A DNA stretch of 32,000 nucleotides from Promethearchaeum syntrophicum (GCF_008000775.2 NZ_CP042905.2:1110001-1142000), one strand, 5' to 3'. Shown: positions 17,611 to 26,718, counted from the first letter of the stretch. Program-made: numbers and translations. Notes: generated by a model from the sequence alone, not told the origin.

Positions 17611-19002
17611 ATGCAAGGTCTCATCCACCCAGAAGAAACTTCCACTTTCGATAAAAAACTTAAGTTTAATGCCCCCGCAGACTACAGAGAACAATTCATG
17701 AACTGGCACACCGCTCAGAAAATCACCAAAGGAGTTGAAAATTATTACCTAGGAGATGCAATGCATATTAGATCCGTCCTAATCAACTATAAGTCTTCCG
17801 AACCTCTTAAAAAATTCGATAATACATGGTTGCGCAATAAAAAAGCAGGATTATATTACCTATTCTCCAAAAACTCCATCAGAAACAAGGAAAGTGTTAT
17901 ATCCGATTTTTCATATTTCGATCATCCAAATAATGGAAAATCATGGAAAACCTCGGGAAATGAACGAAATGGAAATCAACCCATCACCCAAAGAATGAAA
18001 TCGACAAACAATCATGTGAAATCCAGACTCGCTGTTGATTATGAATATGACTCCTTTCCGATCGGCCACCCTGAAAATCCATTCACCAACGCTTTCGTCA
18101 TCGACTTCTACGGAGAAATTCAAAATGATCCTATTAAAACTGCTGCAGGGACCCTAAGATCAAGAGTTTCGTATGAAGACTACATCAAATATATTAATGG
18201 AGTCAAAAATAAAATGCTTGACCTCAAAAAGGATTACGACTTTCTCAGTCACTCTCAAGTTTTACCTGACATGCCGGTAACTGAATTCGCCCGTCTTTTC
18301 AATTCTCACAGCCAAGTGAATTATTATGGAACCAGAGCAATGAAACGAATGAAAGGATGCTGGGCAGATACCTTCATCGAATTCAATAACCTTGGAACTC
18401 TACTTCGTTTCCAAATTGAATTCCTTGGAACCGATGAAAAAATCTATAAAAAGGTTAAACAGAACGACAACGAAGGAGGATTCAATCCGGAAAAAATGCC
18501 GACACTTTACGTCTGTGACTCTCCCACAGAAAAAGTCAAATTCTTAGAAGATCATAAAAATATCGGTTTTAACTCCCCGATACTCACGAAGGCCGAATAC
18601 TTCACCCTAATGAAAGCATGGTGGTACGCATACGCCGAAATGACCAACAACGGGCAGGATCGGAGCACTTTCAGTTTTCAATCCTTTATCACACAGCTCC
18701 ACGCTAAAGCCGATGATTGGCACATTGATGCCTTTACCGCCCAAATGGTTATGGGATCATTTGGATATGGAGTGAATGAACAAAATCTTGGAATTCGATT
18801 CAGTGGTAATCCTGCTGAAGAATTGGGAACATTTAAATGGAAGAGTGAAAATAAAAAGAACCCAAAATACGATTTCAATTATGAAGCCCAATCTTCCGAT
18901 ATCGCCCTCGATTTTACCACTTTCCTCTACCTATCCGGAGATCCCGAAATGCTCTCCTATATTCGATTCCACCTATGGAAACCCGAATGGGGTACAACTT
19001 AG
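17611..19002 (+). CDS. Hypothetical protein, 463 aa, no recognised domain
   Basis: Long ORF on an otherwise free strand, rich in Trp/Tyr/Asn, no obvious TM or signal peptide. Confidence 0.8.
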   Translation: MQGLIHPEETSTFDKKLKFNAPADYREQFMNWHTAQKITKGVENYYLGDAMHIRSVLINYKSSEPLKKFDNTWLRNKKAGLYYLFSKNSIRNKESVISDFSYFDHPNNGKSWKTSGNERNGNQPITQRMKSTNNHVKSRLAVDYEYDSFPIGHPENPFTNAFVIDFYGEIQNDPIKTAAGTLRSRVSYEDYIKYINGVKNKMLDLKKDYDFLSHSQVLPDMPVTEFARLFNSHSQVNYYGTRAMKRMKGCWADTFIEFNNLGTLLRFQIEFLGTDEKIYKKVKQNDNEGGFNPEKMPTLYVCDSPTEKVKFLEDHKNIGFNSPILTKAEYFTLMKAWWYAYAEMTNNGQDRSTFSFQSFITQLHAKADDWHIDAFTAQMVMGSFGYGVNEQNLGIRFSGNPAEELGTFKWKSENKKNPKYDFNYEAQSSDIALDFTTFLYLSGDPEMLSYIRFHLWKPEWGTT

Positions 19003-19145
19003 TCAACTTTTTGTATTTATTTTCGCTTTAATATTTCACTTTTTTTTTTTATAAAATTTAAGAGAAAATTAATCTGATTCATTATTATCAAGATAATAAT
19101 GCTTAAATATCTGTAATTCCCCTATATCTATAAGGAAAGCTAAAA

Positions 19146-20318
19146 ATGTCAGAATATATTAGAAATGTAATCCTAACTTCCAATCCGGCTTATAGTAAAT
19201 TACCTAAAAATGTACCTAATCTAAAAAAAATTTCAATTTGGTTCTATAATACTTCTGAAAAAATGAATAATAATAAAAATAGAACTCGATATAACATTCA
19301 ATCATTTAAAGATCTGCCTGAAAAATTACCCAACCTTGAATCTATAGAATTTCACAAATCAAATATCCCAAAATTCGATGATTTACCCAAAAAACTGCCA
19401 AATCTTAAAAATATCGAATTCAATAATTCAAATATCACTAATTTCGAAAATCTAACCGCAGAAATGCCCAAACTTAAATGGTTAAGTTTCTCTGATTGTC
19501 GCATCCACAATTTCCTTGGATTCCCCTCTAATATTGGATTATCCGCTCATCACACCCAAATCACCTCATTTGAAGGACTCAACCTTCCCGTCCCCCATGA
19601 TGTCTATATGGACGAAAATTCCAACACACTAATAAAAGAAAATCTCATTAATCTCACTAACTGCACTATCCGCTCATTGGGTGGTGTATCTCGCTCTACA
19701 CTACAAGCTCTTCTCATTGCCATCCTAAGCAAAGATTATCCTCCTTCAAATCCCAAATATCCCAAAAAAAATAAACTCGACTTACACCCAACTGGCTTTA
19801 AACTCATTCAAAAATCCATCAATCACGAAATTGAACGCAGGTACTCCCCAAAATACCACAAATCCTGGCCCAGAATTGAAGGTCAATCTCAACCGTTTCC
19901 CGAAGACCTCCCCCTTGAGCTAAGATCTCGGACATGCATCAGAATACCGGATTTCTTTGTCAATGATTGGAAACTTTTTCATTCAAGCAGTATGTATAAT
20001 CGCTACGAACAAATGGAACTCCACGCACAAAAGAATGATTGGATCTATGGCTTTAATCTAATGGACAGACTCTTCATCCCCGAAAAACTCGACCGCTTAT
20101 ACGAATACTTCAAAAAAACCACCCAACAACTCGCTCAAGATTATATTACCGCCCCTGAAAGCATTCCTCCCGAACAAATTGAACGCCTTGTGCATGAAAT
20201 AAATCCCAAAATCCGAAAAATACTCGAAAATAATTTACCGCCTTCAGACTCGATAATAAAAAGAATATCCACTAAATTTTCTTTCAGAACGGAAAATGGG
20301 CTCACTCTCCTAAAATAA
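19146..20318 (+). CDS. Leucine-rich-repeat protein with a ~200 aa unassigned C-terminal region
   Basis: Repeats 'LPKNVPNLKKISIWFYNT', 'LPEKLPNLESIEFHKSNI', 'LPKKLPNLKNIEFNNSNI', 'LTAEMPKLKWLSFSDCRI' fit the LRR pattern. Confidence 0.85.
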   Translation: MSEYIRNVILTSNPAYSKLPKNVPNLKKISIWFYNTSEKMNNNKNRTRYNIQSFKDLPEKLPNLESIEFHKSNIPKFDDLPKKLPNLKNIEFNNSNITNFENLTAEMPKLKWLSFSDCRIHNFLGFPSNIGLSAHHTQITSFEGLNLPVPHDVYMDENSNTLIKENLINLTNCTIRSLGGVSRSTLQALLIAILSKDYPPSNPKYPKKNKLDLHPTGFKLIQKSINHEIERRYSPKYHKSWPRIEGQSQPFPEDLPLELRSRTCIRIPDFFVNDWKLFHSSSMYNRYEQMELHAQKNDWIYGFNLMDRLFIPEKLDRLYEYFKKTTQQLAQDYITAPESIPPEQIERLVHEINPKIRKILENNLPPSDSIIKRISTKFSFRTENGLTLLK

Positions 20319-20423
20319 TGCTAAAACACTATTCGTTTTTTTCCATTATCTCTTATTACCAAAATATAGACCATTCATTTTTTTTTCCTAAAATGCAATT
20401 TTCGGCGTTTAAACGAATCTGGA

Positions 20424-20570
20424 GAAAAGATAACACAACCACTTTTGAAGATTTTTTTTTTTCGCAACGCTAACACAACCACTTTGTCTAAAAAAGGTCC
20501 AAAAAAAAAGATAAGGCACCCCACTTCGTCCAGAAAAAGGTCCAGAAAAAAGATAACGTAACCACTAATA
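20424..20570. repeat. Degenerate tandem repeat, ~40 bp period, about four copies
   Basis: gataacacaaccactttt / gctaacacaaccactttgtctaaaaaaggtcc / gataaggcaccccacttcgtccagaaaaaggtcc / gataacgtaaccacta. Confidence 0.55.
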
Positions 20571-20778
20571 TCCATATTTTTTAGAAGGATTATTTACACT
20601 TTTCACATTTATTGGTGTGATTCGTGTTAATCCTTTTTGTTTTTCCACTATATATTCTTTATTTTATTGTATAAAGAAGGAATCATATAGAAGAGGGGAG
20701 GGAGAGGAGGAGGGGGAGTAAAAAAAATTTTTATTTTTTATTTTCGAATTTTATAAACCCTCTTCTTAATGGAAGTTC

Positions 20779-20871
20779 ATGAATAAAGACAAAATCGAAT
20801 CTTCCCAGATGAATCTAAAACGCTTCACATCTGATGATGGAGTAGAAATCGCCCATTATAAACCATCCTAA
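20779..20871 (+). CDS. Possible 30-aa small ORF or gene remnant: MNKDKIESSQMNLKRFTSDDGVEIAHYKPS*
   Basis: ATG preceded by 'ggaag'; only weak evidence. Confidence 0.2.
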   Translation: MNKDKIESSQMNLKRFTSDDGVEIAHYKPS

Positions 20872-21127
20872 GTGCGGGAAATATCCCTTAATATCTCACA
20901 TCCCAATCAAGCAAGGCGGAAACAGGTGAGTTGGTGAATTAAGTTTTATCTGTTGGAATATTTTTATTTCGAAGTTGTTTTATCTTTTGGTAAGATCTCT
21001 TATCTTCTAACGTTTTGTATTGGTTAGAGATCAAACTTAATTATCTATAATCCAATTATAAATCAGTGTTTTGAAAAAATTTGAAAACTACAAAAATAAA
21101 AAAAATACTACAAAAAAGGTTTTTATT

Positions 21128-22348
21128 ATGCTCGAAGAAAATAATGAAGAAGAAGAGGAAGAACCCGTCGAAGATTTTACTGACTTAGACGCGGTTGTGG
21201 ATGAAGTACAAGACCTAGAAATCGGAGTCGATGATGATTCGCTCGATTACGACGATTTCTCAGCCGAAGACATCGACGGAGAAAAGGAGGCAGTACTTAT
21301 GAGTAAGCAATGGTATAAACGAATCGAAGTCGATATGTGGATGACAAAAGCTCACATGGCAACCATGGGAATAAGGCAGCAGGACCAATACCGTGCCCAG
21401 AGCCGCCAGTACACAGCCAATATGGAAGTAAAAGGGGATATTACATTTTATGCGTATAGCCCTGAGGATTTGAACAAACCGTTTAAAGAAAGGAAAAGAC
21501 CTGTCAAAGTATTGGATTACAAAGAGATTGTCGGCTATAATAAAGGATTTTGGGATTATGATGACAAGAAATCATCTATATACAGACAAGCCGAGAAATC
21601 TGCAGAAGATTATGATCCAGCAGAATACGCAAAATTATTACGTCGTTTAGTGATAAAGACATTTTCTGAACTCAAACGTGATAAGAAGAAGAAAGGTCAT
21701 GCTGGGAGATGGCGTGGAACTATGGAAGAAAGTGTTGTACTAGGTATAAATGCAATGTTCGGAGAGAACAGGGGAAAACCTCGCCCATATTTCTTTTTAA
21801 ATTTACCTGGGTATAATTATCGGCTAGCACTTTGGCGTACAAACACCATTATTGGAGATAGGTATGTGTTTACCGTTCCACATCCAAAAACAGGGGAATT
21901 AACAACTTTCAGGATAAAAGGGCGCAGATTTACTCCAGGAAAAGATTTCAAAGTATTCAATGCGGAAACTGGGGAAAAAGTAGCAGAAATTGACGATCGA
22001 AAATTGAATATTGGTGGAAGAATGACTATAAGATTTAGAGGCGAAGAACAATTTGAGGATCTTAATCGCTCCACGGTATTTCGTAGGACTTTAATAATGT
22101 TCGCAATTATGGTTAAGTTTTTAAGACCAATCAACAGGAAATATAGAAGACTTTACCGGGGCTTAAAGAAGAAAAAGAAATATTTGAAGGCTCTAAACAG
22201 AGCTAAGAAAACTCAAGACACAGCAAAGGTAGATGCAGTTAAGTTGAAGTACCAAGATGTTCAGAGAGAATGCAAGATGCTCAAAGCTATAGAGGTAACG
22301 AACTCCGAATTGACATTGCACTTTAATCCACGTAGAATTAGAACTTAA
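21128..22348 (+). CDS. Uncharacterised protein with acidic N-terminus and a LURP-one-related/tubby-C-like segment
   Basis: Track start 21071 is TTG; ATG at 21128 (MLEENNEEEEEE...) is better. Segment 'TGELTTFRIKGRRFTPGKDFKVFNAETGEKVAEIDDRKLNIGGRMTIRF' matches the beta-hairpin register of LURP-one/tubby-like domains. Confidence 0.75.
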   Translation: MLEENNEEEEEEPVEDFTDLDAVVDEVQDLEIGVDDDSLDYDDFSAEDIDGEKEAVLMSKQWYKRIEVDMWMTKAHMATMGIRQQDQYRAQSRQYTANMEVKGDITFYAYSPEDLNKPFKERKRPVKVLDYKEIVGYNKGFWDYDDKKSSIYRQAEKSAEDYDPAEYAKLLRRLVIKTFSELKRDKKKKGHAGRWRGTMEESVVLGINAMFGENRGKPRPYFFLNLPGYNYRLALWRTNTIIGDRYVFTVPHPKTGELTTFRIKGRRFTPGKDFKVFNAETGEKVAEIDDRKLNIGGRMTIRFRGEEQFEDLNRSTVFRRTLIMFAIMVKFLRPINRKYRRLYRGLKKKKKYLKALNRAKKTQDTAKVDAVKLKYQDVQRECKMLKAIEVTNSELTLHFNPRRIRT

Positions 22349-22397
22349 TTCTAAGACATTTTTTTTTTCTGTCTTTTTTATTTCATTTCCAATAAAC

Positions 22398-23762
22398 TTA
22401 ATCCGAGATTTCAGCCCCGAGATATTTCAAATCTTTAAAAAAATCAGGATATGAATCATTTGCTATTTTGGGATTCACAATAGTTGTTTCTGAGCGCGCA
22501 TATAATGCTGCTATTGTTAAAGCCATCGCAATTCTATGATCATCTTCATGGTTAATTCTAATACCTTGAATTTGTTGCGGGCCTTCTATCACGATTGCAT
22601 TGTTATCTTCAATTAATTCAATTATTGCGCCCATTTTCTGCAGTTCTCTTATCATAATTGAAACTCTATCTGATTCTTTAGTTCTTACGTGGTTTAAATT
22701 GTATAAAATTGTATTGTTATTTGCGAATAGACCGATTACACATAGGATTGGAAATAGATCAGGGATTTCTTTGCAATCAATTTTTACCCCATCGAGAAAT
22801 TTTCCCCCTTTGATGACTACAATTTTAGATTTTTCATCAACCTCTATATTCGCATTCATTTTTTGGAGGATTTTAATCAACATTTTATCACCTTGTTTTG
22901 ATTTCGAGTCCAACTTAGAAATTTTGACCTCATTAGGAAAGGGGTTTAGGGCGGCAGCAGCAATAATAAAAGCGGCTGAGGAATAATCTCCTGGAATTTT
23001 AATTTTTTTACCTTTATATTTTTGATCTGCGGGTATAGTGTATCGCATGAGATTTTCAGAATTAGAATCCAATTGGAAGGAAATACCGAATTTATCCATA
23101 ATATCTTCGGTAATTTTTAAATACGGAGTGGATATTGTAGGTGTAGTTAAATTTATGATTGAGTTTGGATATGATGGAGTGGATTTTAAATTTGGGGCTA
23201 ATAATAATAACCCCGATATAAATTGACTGCTAATATTTCCTTGTATTTTAAATTCCGTTGCATTTGAATACCGAGTGTCAATTTTTATTCCAAAATTTTT
23301 ATCCAGATCTTCCCAAGAAATATCTAAAGGTGATAAGGCTTCTAATAATGGTTTTAAGGGACGTTTTAAATTAAAAAATCTTCCTGACATGGTAATATGT
23401 CCAGAAATGAGTGGGGTTAGAGCTGTCAACATACGGATGGATGTTCCTGAATTTTTTCCCTCGAGAAATTCGATTGGGGTTTTTAAACTTAAAGGTGGAA
23501 CAATTTCATAAATAGAATCTGTATCTGATATATCTGCAATAATTTTTTCATCTTTCACTCTAGATTTTTCAATTTTTTCGATTTTTGCCCCTAAAGATTT
23601 ACAAAAATTAATTGTTACCTCCAAATCGCCAGATATTAATGGATTTATAATATAGGATGGTGTTTTTGCCATTAAAGCAAAGAAAAAAGCTCTGTGAGAA
23701 TAACTTTTGGAAGGAGAAGAGGTAATATTTCCTTCAAAATTGATCAAAGGTTGAATTTTCAT
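22398..23762 (-). CDS. aroA: 3-phosphoshikimate 1-carboxyvinyltransferase (EPSP synthase)
   Basis: 'SSPSKSYSHRAFFFALMA', 'FLEGKNSGTSIRMLTALTPLISGHITMSGRFFNLKRPLKPL', 'GDYSSAAFIIAAAAL', 'DHRIAMALTIAAL'. Confidence 0.96.
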   Translation of the reverse strand: MKIQPLINFEGNITSSPSKSYSHRAFFFALMAKTPSYIINPLISGDLEVTINFCKSLGAKIEKIEKSRVKDEKIIADISDTDSIYEIVPPLSLKTPIEFLEGKNSGTSIRMLTALTPLISGHITMSGRFFNLKRPLKPLLEALSPLDISWEDLDKNFGIKIDTRYSNATEFKIQGNISSQFISGLLLLAPNLKSTPSYPNSIINLTTPTISTPYLKITEDIMDKFGISFQLDSNSENLMRYTIPADQKYKGKKIKIPGDYSSAAFIIAAAALNPFPNEVKISKLDSKSKQGDKMLIKILQKMNANIEVDEKSKIVVIKGGKFLDGVKIDCKEIPDLFPILCVIGLFANNNTILYNLNHVRTKESDRVSIMIRELQKMGAIIELIEDNNAIVIEGPQQIQGIRINHEDDHRIAMALTIAALYARSETTIVNPKIANDSYPDFFKDLKYLGAEISD

Positions 23763-23809
23763 CTTTTTTACCTATATTAAGTTCAGATAAAAAAAGAAAG
23801 GGGAAAAAA

Positions 23810-24421
23810 TTAGGTTGTAGCAATGAATAAAATCATTTCCGCTGCTTTATCATTGAAAGATTCCATTCCCCCTACACTTTCTGCACTAACGGTATAGAAT
23901 TCTTTGACTACAATGTTTCTTTTTGCAAAAAATTCTATAACTTCTGATTTCATGGATTCTACAGTTTGGGTTCTTTGGTTATCTGGTATCAAATCGATTT
24001 TATTAAAGCAAACATAGATTTGTTTTGGGAAGAATCTAACATCTCTGAAAAATTGAAATTGTTCTTTGACTGGGCGATCACAAGCGAAAACTGCAATTAT
24101 TTGTTTAGCGATTCTTGAAATTGTAATAACTCCCATCCTAACTACTGCTCTTCCTCGATCCCCACCTGGAGCGAAAAGTGTGTGATTACGTTTTAGTTCA
24201 TTCTCACGAAAAACAACTCGATTAGGATGAATAGTCTTTGTTTCTTTTATTCCGGTTTCCGGATCTAAAACTGCTTCTCCTGAAAAGTCTGTTTTAACAA
24301 CCGTGCAACTTTTTCCTCCTTTAACTTCATCAATTTTATTTGTTTTCAAGTATTTTACGAATAATCTTAGAATTGTCGTCTTTCCTACTGATACTGCTCC
24401 TAAAAGTCCTATATTTGTCAT
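23810..24421 (-). CDS. Small Ras-superfamily GTPase, divergent MglA/SRbeta/Arf-like (COG2229-like)
   Basis: P-loop 'GLLGAVSVGKTT', G3-like 'HTLFAPGGDRGR', G4 'FNKIDL', G5-like 'FYTVSAES'. Confidence 0.88.
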   Translation of the reverse strand: MTNIGLLGAVSVGKTTILRLFVKYLKTNKIDEVKGGKSCTVVKTDFSGEAVLDPETGIKETKTIHPNRVVFRENELKRNHTLFAPGGDRGRAVVRMGVITISRIAKQIIAVFACDRPVKEQFQFFRDVRFFPKQIYVCFNKIDLIPDNQRTQTVESMKSEVIEFFAKRNIVVKEFYTVSAESVGGMESFNDKAAEMILFIATT

Positions 24422-24424
24422 GAT

Positions 24425-25258
24425 TTAACCCTCTCCTTCATCTATTTCTTCTATTTCTAATAATTTATTTAAAAATGTTTCATAATCGTCAACTAAAAAC
24501 TGCTCCAATATGGAATTATTATGGCAAACGATTAAAAGACCCAAAAGATCTTTGAAATTGGTTGATTCCCTAATAAATGTAAGTAAATTTTCTTCTGTTG
24601 GTTCAGCATCGAAGATTCGAGGGGGTTGCTCAAATCCAAATTTCTCTGTTGATGTTGGCAGCTTACTAAAGTATCCGAATGCCGTATTCCCTTCATGTTC
24701 AAAGAAAACAAAAAATCGTGATTTTAGATTGGGGACAAAATTAGAAAGAAACACAGTTGAATATAATTCTCCTAAAAATAAATCTTCATCTTGCCTCAAA
24801 GTATAGTATGGTGAAATTGGGCTTTTCAATCCCGGAGGAAACATTTCTGCCGGTGGTAGACTCACAAATGGTAATTTTTCTTCAATAATCATCCATAAGT
24901 CGTCACGTTCGTTGTGTAGCAAAATCTCCTTGACTTCTTCATATGCAAACTTAAAATCTGCTTGAAAGCTTATCAAACTTGATAAATATACAGATAAACA
25001 TGCAAAAGTTGCATCCAATTGGGGTTTTTTGGATGTTGAACTAGACGGTTTGACAGCCCCTCTCCAATCTCGAAGTGCGGTATAAGCCCACCCTCGTGTG
25101 TCGAAGAACTGTCCTGATAAAAGGATAAAGTTAATGTCTTGTTCTCTACCAAGCAATTCTCTAACTTTAAGGATTAAAGCCCTTTCGACTTTTTCATTAT
25201 TAAAACGTGAATGGATCTTTGGGTAAATAAGGATCGGTTTTTTTTTTTTTTTAGCCAT
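24425..25258 (-). CDS. Hypothetical protein, 277 aa, directly upstream of the GTPase
   Basis: ORF stop at 24425-24427 and GTPase ATG at 24421, i.e. a 3 bp gap and the same strand. Confidence 0.82.
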   Translation of the reverse strand: MAKKKKKPILIYPKIHSRFNNEKVERALILKVRELLGREQDINFILLSGQFFDTRGWAYTALRDWRGAVKPSSSTSKKPQLDATFACLSVYLSSLISFQADFKFAYEEVKEILLHNERDDLWMIIEEKLPFVSLPPAEMFPPGLKSPISPYYTLRQDEDLFLGELYSTVFLSNFVPNLKSRFFVFFEHEGNTAFGYFSKLPTSTEKFGFEQPPRIFDAEPTEENLLTFIRESTNFKDLLGLLIVCHNNSILEQFLVDDYETFLNKLLEIEEIDEGEG

Positions 25259-25361
25259 TAATCTCGACTCTCTTTCTATAATTCAAAATGGTTGAGTTGT
25301 CCTTTAAAATTTTTGTTTCTGACAAATTATTAAATTTTTCTACAAATTTAAATTGATGTAC

Positions 25362-25898
25362 TTATTTATTGGTTAATTTTTCGACTGCTTTTGTTATAAA
25401 TTCGAAACTTTCATAAGATTTTACATTTTGTAGGCTAATAATTTCAATTATTTCATGATTCTCATATTTTTTCCGTGTTAGGTGAGTTCCTAGTTTTTCT
25501 TCTTTCTTTTTTAATTCCAGTAATACAGGTTTTACAAATTCATTAATATATTTTTCTTCAGTAATTTTTACAATTTCAGGGGACGGAAATCTAATCGATA
25601 TTGTGTCATTTTCAAATTTGATGACAGATAACAATTCTTCTGATTTTGAGAAAATTTTTTTAGTATAATCTACGTTGTTGAAACTTGATTTTGATTTAAA
25701 AGCAGCGGTTTCTGCATCAAGTAATGATGCAGCTGTCTTAAAACTCCCCGTTGAAATTAGAAGATTGAGTTTATCACTATTTTTAGTTAATAAAACAATT
25801 TCCTCATTAAGAACATTGATTTGATCTTTTTTTTGCTCGATAATTTTTTTCAGATCTTCTATTAGGTCTAATAGCTTTTTAATCTCGTTTTCCTTCAT
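25362..25898 (-). CDS. Hypothetical protein, N-terminal coiled coil plus small alpha/beta C-terminal region
   Basis: 'IKKLLDLIEDLKKIIEQKKDQINVLNEEIVLLTKN' heptad pattern; co-directional with the GTPase cluster. Confidence 0.75.
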   Translation of the reverse strand: MKENEIKKLLDLIEDLKKIIEQKKDQINVLNEEIVLLTKNSDKLNLLISTGSFKTAASLLDAETAAFKSKSSFNNVDYTKKIFSKSEELLSVIKFENDTISIRFPSPEIVKITEEKYINEFVKPVLLELKKKEEKLGTHLTRKKYENHEIIEIISLQNVKSYESFEFITKAVEKLTNK

Positions 25899-25956
25899 CG
25901 ATCAATTATAGTGGTTAAAGTGTAAAAATAGTTTTTAAAAAAAAAATTAAGATTTC

Positions 25957-26280
25957 TTAATCTTTTAATTTTAATTTTTTAGCTTTACTTGGTCCTGAAT
26001 TTTCAGGATTAACTCCTTCTATTGTTTTGATTAAGGCTGGTACTTCATCTTCCATAAGCGCTTCTTGGAACTGTAAGTACATCTCGAAATCGGCAATAAA
26101 TAACCCTTTTCGTTTTTTTGGTTGCCCTGTAGTTTTATTTATCGGATTTACCTCTACCATGAGTTTTGCTTCACGGGTTTTTGTTGCTGGTATCTTAACA
26201 ACAAAGACTCCATCTATATCGGTTTCCATTTTCTCCCAGTCTTTAGCTGATTCTAAAAACTCTCTTAATGCGTTTTCCAT
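25957..26280 (-). CDS. Hypothetical protein, 107 aa, acidic/basic, no recognised domain
   Basis: First gene of the co-directional cluster; clean ORF, ATG start. Confidence 0.72.
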   Translation of the reverse strand: MENALREFLESAKDWEKMETDIDGVFVVKIPATKTREAKLMVEVNPINKTTGQPKKRKGLFIADFEMYLQFQEALMEDEVPALIKTIEGVNPENSGPSKAKKLKLKD

Positions 26281-26332
26281 ATTTTTTCACGTATTTTTTT
26301 TTCAATTATAAAAAATTGAAAAATTTACTTTG

Positions 26333-26368
26333 TGACAATGTTCATTGTTATTTAACCATTGTCATTGT
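26333..26368. promoter_or_regulatory. Candidate operator: TGACAATG...CATTGTCA dyad plus extra CATTGT copies
   Basis: 8-bp arms at 26333-26340 and 26357-26364; further CATTGT at 26343-26348 and 26363-26368, between divergent genes. Confidence 0.5.
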
Positions 26369-26502
26369 TGTAAGGTCTATGTGATATGACATAAACCGAC
26401 AAAAACGCTTGTAGAGCATGCAATACTTTTAAAATTATGCGTTTTCTATTAAAAATTAAGGGAATATTAAATATTCCTATAATTCTAAGGAAGTAAAAAA
26501 AA

Positions 26503-26709
26503 ATGAGAATGCTATCAGTGTTTATCCCCGAATCTTATATCGAATCTTTAGATATTCTTGTTGCTGAAGAAATTTTCCCGAATAGAAGTGAAGCAATTCG
26601 ATCAGCAATAAGAGATTTAATTCGAAATGAAATACTCTTAAAAGATGCCGTCACTAAAAGAAAAAACAAAAAGCAATTTGAGAAACAATCGAATCAAGAA
26701 CAAAATTAA
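26503..26709 (+). CDS. Ribbon-helix-helix (CopG/NikR-like) DNA-binding protein, 68 aa
   Basis: 'MRMLSVFIPESYIESLDILVAEEIFPNRSEAIRSAIRDLIRNEI' fits the RHH fold; 'ctaaggaag' ahead of the ATG. Confidence 0.9.
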   Translation: MRMLSVFIPESYIESLDILVAEEIFPNRSEAIRSAIRDLIRNEILLKDAVTKRKNKKQFEKQSNQEQN

Positions 26710-26718
26710 AAAAAAATC

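Noticed and set aside
20375-20575. 66-aa minus ORF
   Set aside because: Falls in low-complexity tandem repeat DNA; internally repeated FFLG-type sequence is an artefact of poly-A/T tracts.
21817-23511. ORFs 21817-22134(-), 22600-22986(+), 23038-23226(+), 23275-23511(+)
   Set aside because: Antisense to the LURP-like gene and aroA.
22398-26280. Treating aroA as functionally part of the GTPase cluster
   Set aside because: AroA is a housekeeping shikimate-pathway enzyme with no obvious link; a 47-bp gap suggests possible co-transcription only.
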